Shown piece by piece: positions 25,424 through 35,153 of a stretch of DNA of 64,000 bases. Within the stretch, counting starts at the first letter, position 1, and the number at the start of each line of letters is the position of its first letter. Both the position numbers and the translations under genes were made by a program. A model generated the notes under the pieces. That model worked only from the letters and a program-made list of their open reading frames with translations. It was not told the origin of the DNA and made no database searches. This stretch comes from Mobula hypostoma (taxonomy: Eukaryota): assembly GCF_963921235.1 (NCBI RefSeq), contig NC_086097.1, positions 211,670,001-211,734,000 on the forward strand. Reading direction: 5' to 3'.

Positions 25424-27699
25424 GCGTTGTTTGCCGGGAAAATAAAAATCTTAGATCTTTTGAAAAGAGGCATGTCGCTTGCCAAAGTGGGCCGTAAGAT
25501 CGGTGAGAACGAATCGAGCATTCACACAATAAAGCAGAAAGAAGCTGAAATTCTTGGAAGTGTTAGTGCTACCCCTACAACGGCAAAAGTGGTCTCTCTG
25601 GTTTGTGATAAAGTGCTTGCAAAGACTGAGAAAGCATTAAGTGTGTGGCTAGAGGACATGTCACAGAAGCATAACCCTATTGATGGCAAAATTATGTGTG
25701 AAAAAGCACTTGGCCTCTATGAGCACTACTGTGATGGGGTTGAGGAGAGCGAGACGAAGGAGTTTAAGGCTAGTAAGGAATGGCTGGCTAGATATGTAAA
25801 GCACTACAGCCTCAAGAACTTAAAGGTCACAGGAGAATCAGCATGGCAGATGTATCAAGTATCCTATTATGGAGCTGATCGAAGTACACGCTTGAAGTCT
25901 CTCAGAAAAAAAGTTGTTGATCACAAACTATCAAAAGCTCACACTGCTGCTCTAAGCGTTGAAAATATAGCAAGTGAAGATGCTCTTGGAGAACTATGTG
26001 ACGCCATGAATGCTTCGCATCTAAAGGCAACTTGTTCAATTTTTCATTCTGCATATTATTTAGCTCATAATGACAGTCCATACTCTGATCACTCTCACTT
26101 ATCGAAATTTCAAAAAAAAAATGCTATTGACATTGGAATTGGACTGCATTCCCGCACCAGTGCTACAGAGATAATTAATCACGTAGCCATTAATATGAAA
26201 AAGAAAATTTGCCAGCATATCAAGCAGATAAATGGACAATTTTCTGTTCTCATTGATGAATCAACAAGCCTGAGCATTAAGACCGCCCTGATAGCTTATT
26301 TGAAATGTGAAAGTGATAAGGAAGGGGATCCCCATTTTATGTTTTTAGATCTAATTGAACTGCCTGATCAGAAAGCTGCAACTATTGCTAAGCATCTACT
26401 GAACTGTCTCAATAACCATGGGTTTGATGACTCTTACTTGAAACAGAACATTTGCTAGTGATGGGACGAGCGTAATGCTTGGTGTCAAATCTGGTGTTGC
26501 TACAATTCTCAAGCAACATTACCCTGATGTGATAATTTGGCACTGTCTTAGTCACAGATTAGAACTTTCAGTAGGTGATTCGGTGAGAGAAGTTCATGGA
26601 ATAAATCATTTTCAATCATTTATACACAAATTGTATTTTGTTTACAGTAGATCACCTCTAAATCAAAAGGAACTGTCTGAACGTGCCTCTCAACTAGAAC
26701 AACAAATTTGCGAAATAGGCCATGTTCTGGGCACCAGGTGGGTAGCTAGCTCGTTTCGAAACACTGTGAATTATGAAGCACTGTGTTTTCATTTTGAAAA
26801 AGCAATGAAGGATGAAACAAGATCTGGGAGTGACAGAAAAACCTATGAAGCTCTGTTGAAAAGACTCTCTTCAGAACGGTTTCTATTGGACTTAGCTCTA
26901 ATGTATGACACGTTGCATGAACTTGGTTTACTGTCAATGTTTACAGAAACACACTACTACGATTGTTTATGCAGACAAACTGATCCAACGGAGCATAGGA
27001 TCACTGCATGGACTGAAAGAGCAACTTGGTACAAAAACTCTAGAAGCTCAAGAGGCAGTTGAAAAGGGGAAGTTTGGAGAAATTACCTTAATAAGCAACA
27101 ACAAAATTGTCTCCATTAATTATCTACAGTTTCTTACTAGTCTTATAAACCATTTGCTGCACTGTATGTTCACAGCAACATCCTTGAAAGGTTCTTAAAC
27201 TTCTAAACCTCAAAGTATGTATAAATCCCTGCTAAATGAAATGTGTGTCCTTGATAAAGATAACTGGCCTGCTGAAATACTGCTTAATTATGGAGAAGCT
27301 GCAATATCATCTCTCTGTAAGAGGTTTAAGCTTACTTCTTCCTCTGTAATAAATGCCTTCAGAGATTATGTGGAGGATCATGGACGCCGCATCCCCCAAG
27401 ATTTACGCCCATTACTGAGCTGTTCAGAAGTTATTCCTATTAGTACTGTTGAGTGTGAGAGAGGATTCAGTCACATGAACTTGATAATAATAACAACAAC
27501 ACACTCAAGAATTCTTATCGATCATGTATCAGCACTTATGTTTGTTAAACTATACAGACGTCCTCTAGTTCAGTGGAATCCTGAGCCGTATGTCACATCA
27601 TGGCTGTGGTACCACAGATCAGCGGATGACACCAGGACCAGAGTTGCTTCAGACCCCCGAACACATATTACGCCTGACTCTTTGTGGAAATTATTGTGA
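25424..27699 (+). pseudogene. Chimeric transposase: Tigger/CENP-B HTH region (about 139 aa) fused in frame to a hAT catalytic body, which is frameshifted downstream
   Basis: ORF 25427-26458 reads KIKILDLL..VGRKIGENESSIHTI..EKALSVWLED..FKASKEWL..LKVTGESA (TIGD1-like), then continues without a stop into KSLRKKVVDHK..FSVLIDEST. It resumes in 26475-27062, 26905-27198 and 27217-27699. Confidence 0.85.
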
Positions 27700-27920
27700 A
27701 ACTTCTCATTGGTGGCATTTGGTAAGTAGGTAATTACTTTTAAATTGGTAAAATACATGATTATCGTCTTTTTCTTTACTTGCTTGATAATTATATTTTA
27801 TAATAATTAGGGAGTGCAACTGTGCAATACTTTGTGTCATATTATTAAATTAAGTATTATATGTTTTATTGTACCAGTTATACACTGAAATGTATTTATA
27901 GGCTATAATCTTGTTAATGT

Positions 27921-28317
27921 AACACGAGGAAATCTGCAGATGCTGGAAATTCAAGCAACACACATCAAATTTGCTGGTGAATGCAGCAGGTCAGGCAGCA
28001 TCTTTAGGAAGACGTACAGTTGACGTTTCGGGCCGAGACCCTTCGTCAGGACTAACTGAAAGAAGAGCTAGTAAGAGATTTGAAAGTGGGAAGGGGAGGG
28101 GGAGATCCAAAATGATAGGAGAAGACAGGAGGGGGAGGGATGGAGCCAAGAGCTGGACAGGTGATTGGCAAAGGGGATATGAGAGGATCATGGGACAGGA
28201 GGTCCGGGGAGAAAGACAAGCGGGGGGAAACCCAGAGGATGGGCAAGGGGTATAGTCAGAGGGACAAAAAGGAGAGAGAGAAAAAGAATGTGTGTATATA
28301 AATAAATAACGGATGGT
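27921..28317 (-). mobile_element. Penelope-derived short retroelement carrying a hammerhead motif
   Basis: 12-bp TSD TCTTGTTAATGT (27909-27920, 28318-28329). Pyrimidine-rich body and terminal segment homologous to the region downstream of the GIY-YIG remnant at 60130-61055. Confidence 0.85.
28017..28054 (-). ncRNA. Minimal type-I hammerhead ribozyme motif
   Basis: Minus strand: UAGUC-CUGACGA-AGGGUCUCGGCCC-GAAAC-GUC-AACUG, giving intact core boxes, a GGG/CCC stem II, palindromic ACGU stem III and a GUC cleavage triplet. Confidence 0.7.
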
Positions 28318-28428
28318 TCTTGTTAATGTCTTAATTATCACTATATTTCCATGGAGCTCTGGAATTCGTATATTTCTTTCATCTTGGTTTAGTGCTTGAC
28401 ATTATAAGAAGCCCTATTCATATATATA

Positions 28429-30389
28429 TCCAGTTTCTGCCCTATCCCCATAACCTTTGATTCCACTATCTTTAAGAGCTCTATCCATCTCTTTCTTGAA
28501 AGCATCCAGAGACTTGGCCTCCACAGCCTTCTGGGGCAGAGCATTCCATATATCCACCACTCTCTGGGTGAAAAAGTTTTTCCTCAACTCCGTTCTAAAT
28601 GGCCTACACCTAATTCTTAAACTGTGGCCTCTGGTTCTGGACTCACCCAGCAGCGGGAACATGCTTCCTGCCTGCAGCGTGTCCAATCCCTTAATAATCC
28701 TATATGTTTCAATAAGATCCCCTCTCAGCCTTCTAAATTCCAGAGTATACAAGCCCAGTCGCTCCAATCTTTCGACATATGACAGTCCCGCCATCCCGGG
28801 AATTAACCTCGTGAACCTACGCTGCACTCCCTCAATAGCAAGAATGTTCTTCCTCAAATTTGGAGACCAAAACTGCTCACAGTACTCCAGGTATGGTCTC
28901 ACCAGGGCCCTGTACAGCTGTAGAAGGACCTCTTTGCTCTTGTACTCAATTCCCCTTGTTATGAAGACCAGCATGCCATTAGCTTTCTTCACTGCCTGCC
29001 GTACTTGCATGCTTGCTTTCAGTGACTGATGTACAAGAACACCTAGATCTCATTGTGCTTCCCCTTTTCCTAACTTGACTCCATTTAGATAATAATCTGC
29101 CTTCCCATTCTTACCACCAAAGTGGATAACCTCACATTTATCCACATTAAACTGCATCTGTCATGCATCTGCCCACTCACCCAGCCTGTCCAAGTAACCC
29201 TGCATTCTCATAACATCCTCCTCACATTTCACACTGCCGCCCAGCTTTGTGTCATCGGCCAATTTGCTAATGTTAATTTTAATTCCCTCATCTAAATCAT
29301 TAATATATATTGTAAACAGCTGCGGAAGCAGCACTGAACCCTACAGTACCCCACTGGTCACCGCCTGCCATTCCGAAAGGGACCCGTTAATTGCTACTCT
29401 TTGTTTTCTGTCAGCCAGCCAACTTTCAATCCATGTCAGTACTCTGGCCCCAATACCATGTGCCCTAATTTTGCCCACTAATCTCCTATGTGGGACTTTA
29501 TCAAAGGCTTTTTGAAAGTCCAGGTATACTACATCCACTGGCTCTCCCTTGTCCATTTTCATAGTTACATCCTCAAAAAATTCCAGAAGATTAGTCAAGC
29601 ACAATTTCCCCTTCGTAAATCCATGCTGATTCGGACTGATCCTGTTACTGCTATCCAGATGTGTCGTAATTTCATCTTTTATAATTGACTCCAGCATCTT
29701 TCCCACCACCAACGTCAGGCTAACCGGTCTATAATTCCCTGTTTACTCTCTTCCTCCCTTCTTGAAGAGAGGGACAACATTAGCCACCCTCCAATCCACA
29801 GGAACTGATCTTAGATCTATAGAACATTGGAAAATGATTACCAGTGCGTCCACAATTTCTAAAGCCACCTCCTTAAGTACCCTGGGATGCAGACCACATG
29901 GTCCCGGGGACTTATCAGCCTTCAGACCCGACAGCCTATCCAACACCTTTTCCTGCCTAATATAAATTTCCTTCAATTCATCCATTACTCTAGGTCCTTT
30001 GGCCACTATTACATCTGGGAGATTGTTTGTGTCTTCCCTAGTGAAGACAGATCCAAAGTACCTGTTCAACTCATCTGCCATTTCCTTGATCCTCATAATA
30101 AATTCACCCGCTTCTGTCTTCAAGGACCCAATTTTGGTCTTAACTATTTTTTTCCTTTTCACATACCTAAAGAAGCTTTTACTCTCCTCCTTTATATTCT
30201 TGGCTAGTTTACCTTCGTACCTCATTTTTTCTCCGCGTATTGCCTTTTTAGTTACCTTCTGTTGCTCTTTAAAAGTTTCCCAATCCTCTGGCTTCTCACT
30301 CGTCTTTGCTATGTTATATTTCTTCTCTTTCATTTTTATACTGTCCATTACTTCCCTTGTCAACCACGGCCTCCCCTTACTCCCCTTAG
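28429..30389 (-). mobile_element. CR1 fragment (RT + C-terminus, 3' UTR missing) nested in the hAT
   Basis: ORFs 29743-30363, 29341-29712 and 28414-29010 carry standard CR1 ORF2 motifs. Flanked by TA runs. Confidence 0.93.
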
Positions 30390-30393
30390 GACA

Positions 30394-30504
30394 TATATAT
30401 AAGTCATACCCAATTTGTGTATCTGTTCATTACATAAATGGGGCAAGGAGGTTGCCCAGTACATGAGATGAGCAGGTACACAAATTGGGTGTGACATATA
30501 TATA
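30394..30504. mobile_element. Hairpin MITE-like element in a TA run
   Basis: About 37-bp inverted repeats (TATATATAAGTCATACCCAATTTGTGTATCTGTTCAT / ATGAGCAGGTACACAAATTGGGTGTGACATATATATA) with an inner GGGCAA..TTGCCC stem. Confidence 0.7.
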
Positions 30505-31182
30505 GAGAGGATATAGGAAATGGCAAGCATTTTGTCAGCTCTGGCACCTAAAAAATTAGCACTGCAACCCTGGTTAAGCCCATCACTGAATTGACAATGC
30601 TCAGACAATTTCTTCAATTCAGCCACTTTAGCTGAAATATATTCCCCTTCCTTTTGATTCTGCTTATGAAACTTGAAGCATTCTGAAATCAACAATAGCT
30701 TTGGTTCTAAATGTTCCTGCGATATGCTCACAATAACAGCAAAACTCATTTTAGCTGGTTTGGTTGTTTAGAAGTTCAGTCGAACTTCTAAACAAATTGT
30801 ATACTTTCCCCCTATTGCATTCAGTAACACTGCCACTTGTTTTACATTGACTATTTCATTTGTTTCAAAAAACTGCTCAATTCAGAGTACATTATCCAGT
30901 TATCTGTTGTGTAATCAAACATGTCTATCTTTGCATTGCAGCCAGCCACTTCTGCTTTTTAAATTAATTATTTGTATCACTCAGGACTCACTCTTTATGA
31001 ATGTGTGAACTTTGTCTATTTTCTGCCTTTTTTAACTTGACTGTCTCTCTCTCCTCTTCTGAAGAATCGCGTGCTGTGCCTTTTCACTCAAACATTTCTC
31101 TCCCTTGTGAAGAAAAAAAATGTGCTGTGCTTCAGCAGGTAGGTAGTCATCTCGGGTTCCTTTTAAAACCAACCATCACCAC

Positions 31183-31417
31183 TGTTACCTTTTGTAATGC
31201 CAAAAACTAAATGAAAGAAAAGCACGAGAGCTCAGGGATTCTCAAGTAATTAGTTTTTTAGAGAGGCGCTCACATACAACTTGATGGCATATATATGCCA
31301 TTCACATGCTTCTAACATATATCCCATTATGAATTATGCAAACAAACAAAGAATGCTTAATTAGACAACATATTTACAATATCACTCAAATATTATTGAA
31401 ATGTTCAATATACTACA
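31183..31417 (-). repeat. 5' LTR of the Mag-like Gypsy
   Basis: Homologous to 19693-19921, with the PBS adjacent at about 31170-31182. Confidence 0.9.
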
Positions 31418-32599
31418 ACACTGAAGAGACTATCTTTTTCAATAGAATACTAAAAGTTTGAAAGTTTCTGGACTGAGCCCTTCAAAACAGAGACACAGGC
31501 ATTGGAGAAGCAGTACATTTTATTCCTTTGTATTTACTGCACAAGAATCACAAGGCAGCACCAATGGGTACAACCGAACTGTAGTTCACAGATTTAAAGT
31601 CTACATGCTTTCTGCATACGCTGAAAAACAATCCCCAGGGGTTAAGAGTTCAGTGAAAAAGAATGTAGCAATATTTGTTTAGCGCAAGGAGTATGCATAG
31701 AATAGAATGCCCCATAATCCAACTATCCATGAGAAAGACCATTGAGATTTTACTGTCAAATCTGAAGGTAAATTAAATAATAGCTGAAAAATATATTATT
31801 TTTATGTCTTCAGCATATTGGGCTCAAAAACAGGATGAAAAAAGCAAACTGCTTAGATCTTGAAAACTGAGGAAGAATCTGCTTAATTGCTGTACAAGCA
31901 AAGATTATTACAGCCTTCCTTATTCAACCATTTTGTACAGAAAGAAAACAAAAGCCTGGCATTTCAGAGTTATTTCCACTGCAGCAGTGAAGAACAGTAG
32001 ATTGATTGGCATCAGGAGAGAACTGAGCAGGAAATCATTCCTGCATAGCAGAAACTAAAAATAAGAGGGGAGGCTGTTGCTTGTGAGGACAGTTCTCCTG
32101 CACTTCGCCATTGGTATTTAGAGTATAGGCTGTAAAGACTGGCACAATTCTCAGGACCCTACTAATAATATGTTTCATCTGTTTCTACAGAGACACTATG
32201 AGAGTTGCATCAATACAGCGGTGCCAAGTACCAGCTTGTGGAGATCATGAGTAATGATGTTGAAGACTTCAGTTCCACAGGACTATGTTTGGAGTCCTGC
32301 TGCTTCAGAAAGGCAAGTGCGTGAAGGTCACAACTCAGCTAAAATGATGGAAGTAAGCAAGGGGCTATTGGCCTCCTCTCATAAGTCAGCCAGTCACCCC
32401 AAACAATTTCAGGCACCTGTAATAATCTGCCTGAACATGCCCAAAGAAAATCGCAGAATCACATAATAGTTGCCGCCTGAAAGGATGCCACTCAGACTGC
32501 TGAACCTGTACAGACTCTTTGTACAATAAACCAGCTGGTCCCACTCCCCATGCTTTCCTAACAAACTTACGAATTCTGCTTGTACTTACTGAATCCGTT

Positions 32600-32745
32600 A
32601 CCTTCCCCCACTCCTTTCCAGCCCTGAAAAACGGTCTCAGCCCAAAATGTCAACTGTTTATTCATTTCCATAGATGCTGTCTGACCTGCTGTGTTCCTCC
32701 AGCATTTTGTGTGTATTGCTTTGGATTTCCCACATCTACAGACTT
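32600..32745 (+). mobile_element. Penelope-derived short repeat with a degenerate hammerhead
   Basis: CAGCC-CTGAAAA-ACGGTCTCAGCCC-AAAAT-GTC-AACTG followed by the family's terminal segment. Confidence 0.7.
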
Positions 32746-33140
32746 ACAAATTCTTTCTTTTTCAGATGTTTATCCAAGTTTCTCTTGAATTTTATCATTG
32801 AATCCAAATCCGCTGCTACCACTGGCAGTGCACTCCACAACCAAACCATTCACTGTGTAAAGACAGTTTTTTCTAACATTACCTTTGGTCCTTTTGTTAA
32901 ACATCTTAATTCCATAAACTCTGGATTGTGATTACTCAGCTATTGGGAGCAGTTTTTTTCTGATTTACTTTGTCTATATCCCGAATGATTATAGATCCTT
33001 TTTCTGATCTCTTCATAATTTCCTCTGTTTCAAGAACTCCAGATTCTCTAATCTATCTGTATGACCGAAGTTTCCCGTTCCTGGAATCTTAATTTCTTCT
33101 GCAATTTCTCTGAAGTCTTCACTCTTTACTCTTTTTATTT

Positions 33141-33233
33141 ATTCATTTATGAGATGTGGGTGCGCCAGCTAAGCCAGCATTTATCGCCCGTCGTTAGTTG
33201 CCCTTGGTGACGAACTGCCTTCTTGAACTACTG
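33141..33233 (-). mobile_element. Old CR1/L2-type 3' tip
   Basis: GATGTGGG..GCCAGCATTTATCGCCC..GTTGCCCTTG resembles a LINE 3' end in reverse. Confidence 0.45.
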
Positions 33234-33705
33234 AAGCGTGGAGCCCAGACTTTAATCCAGTTGTGGCCAAATCAATGTGTAAAAGGGTCTCATCAAGAAG
33301 GCGTTAAAAATATTTACTTTTAATTTATATTCCTATTAATTTTCAATTGAATACTAGCTACAGGATGATTGATAAATGTAATTTCTCCCGAAGTTTACTG
33401 TATGGAGGCCACAAGGAGCAACCTCCGGCTCGAAATGTGTTGAGCTGAGTTTGGAATATTTGCCTCAGTACAGCCTTGATGTGGAGTGGAGAACGGAGGG
33501 AAAGGGGATGCATTATCGGAAAATACAAGTGAATGGTAAGGGTGAAGTAGTGCTGAGAGTGGGTGACAGTGAGTTTCATGACAGTTACTGTGGTGTTGAG
33601 GGGTGGAACAAGCACTCATTTACTATGCCATTGGCTTCACATTTGACTAAGTATTTGAACAAATTTGCCGTTCAAGGGTCACCTGTTAGGCCGGATGTGA
33701 TTCTG

Positions 33706-33785
33706 AGCTGAAACGTCGACTGTACTATTTTCCATAGGTGCTGCCTGGCCTGCTGAGTTCCTCCAGCATTTTGTGTGTGTTGCCT
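33706..33785 (+). mobile_element. Penelope-derived short repeat (3' half of the hammerhead plus terminal segment)
   Basis: GAAACGTCGACTG..TTTCCATAGGTGCTGCCTGGCCTGCTGAGTTCCTCCAGCATTTTGTGTGTG. Confidence 0.75.
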
Positions 33786-33813
33786 GTCCAGCACCTGCTG
33801 CCTGAATTTGAGC

Positions 33814-34281
33814 TAGTCGTAGTCATAGTCATACTTTATTGATCCCAGGAGAAATTGGTTTTCGTTACAGTTGCACCATAAATAATTAAATAGTAATAAA
33901 GCCATAAATAGTTAAATAGTAATATGTAAATTATGCCAGGAAATAAGTCCAGGACCAGCCTATTGGCTCAGGGTGTCTGACCCTCCAAGGGAGGAGTTGA
34001 AAAATTTGATGGCCACAGGCAGGAATGACTTACTATGACGCTTTGTGTTGCATCTCGGTGGAATGAGTCTCTGGCTGAATGTACTCCTGTGCCCAACCAG
34101 TCCATTATGTTGTGGATGGGAGACATTGACCAAGATGGCATGCAACTTAGACAGCATCCTCTTTTCAGACACCACCGTCAGAGAGTCCAGTTCCATCCCC
34201 ACAACATCACTGGCCTTACGAATGAGATTGCTGATTCTGTTGGTGTCTGCTACCCTCAGCCTGCTGCCCCAGCACACAACA
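33814..34281 (-). mobile_element. Rex1/Babar 3' fragment, same family as 20727-22312
   Basis: Nearly the same peptide (RLRVADTNRI..HRSTFSQRLIPPRC) and (ATAGTC)n tail. Confidence 0.93.
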
Positions 34282-34563
34282 GAAGGCCTGCAACAAACAA
34301 TGGTACCTTTGCCAATGGAAACAAGTGCTGTATCAAGCCAGCCTTTTTCTCTTGCTTCTGCCATTAATTTAGTACACCAGTTTAGAGTCATGAACACCAA
34401 CCTTGAGCCCAATAACTAATCAGGGCTCCAAATATCTAAGCTCTGAGGCAATGAACCAAAATGCACAGAGCGATGTTTTTCCTGGCTATATTTTTTGTGT
34501 GAATATTCCTTGATGTGATGCAGACTGTCAGTTATCAAGAGATTGTTCTGCGGGACTGAGTGA

Positions 34564-35153
34564 TGTAACACTCGCTTTGCCTAGCAGCTTAATAGAGGGG
34601 GTGATAACACCCTGCCCAGCCAAACTTTAAAAATCTCGTTTGCGTAGATGCTGCGCGATGTGTCCCCCGTTACAAATCGGTACCCCGAAATAACAAACAG
34701 TACACAACATATGATTAAACGATTAAGCTTTATAACTCTTACTTTGACGATATGGTTAGTAGAGAAACAAATATAAGAGGGAAAAAAGGGCCCAAATCTT
34801 ATTAAACAGTCTGTGCACACAAAGTTGGAGCTCACGCAGTCAGTAGTTCTTCTTCCACCATCGATCTCCTCTGAGCATCACCAACCTCCAGACCCCCATT
34901 CCGAGTCCACCCCGTCCGGCGGTCTACCAAATTTCTCCATTTGCATCTTCTCTCCTCATTTCTCTCTCTCTCCCTCTTTCAAAAGCCCGCGAAAACAACT
35001 GCTCCCAGAATCACAAGACAGGGCAACAAAATCCTGATTGGCTAACATGCATCAACAGTCTAGTTATCTCTGGCCATAACCCAAACATTGCTACTACAGA
35101 GAAACCATTACAAAAAAAAATTACACAGCAGTGAACCCTTACAGCGCGTTACA
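34564..35153. mobile_element. Probable solo LTR
   Basis: Terminal inverted repeat TGTAAC...GTTACA, 590 bp. Flanks GTGA/ATGA give a 3/4 match to a 4-bp TSD. Confidence 0.65.

Larger units (their letters stand above)
25097..30572 (+). mobile_element. hAT DNA transposon (KIAA1586/ZNF862-like transposase) with a pogo/Tigger-derived N-terminus, nested in Gypsy gag
   Basis: TIRs CAGGGGTGCAGTGCT (25097-25111) and AGCACTGCAACCCTG (30558-30572), 14/15 match. Subterminal palindrome CCGGAGCG-C-CGCTCCGG. hAT motifs LIDEST, FASDG, WHCLSHRLEL, GTRW and ECERGFS. Confidence 0.9.
19693..31417 (-). mobile_element. Gypsy LTR retrotransposon (Mag-like) with both LTRs and multiple nested insertions
   Basis: LTRs 19693-19921 and 31183-31417 (TG..CA); identical 5-bp TSD ACACT (19688-19692, 31418-31422); PBS TGGTGA and PPT AAGCAGGGGGAAA on the minus strand. 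Coding remnants: gag FKFHKQNQKEGE and FSDGLNDALRD, protease MEIDTVSAVS, RT LRICGDFK, RNase H CDTSPYG, integrase zinc finger. Integrase core appears deleted. Confidence 0.93.
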
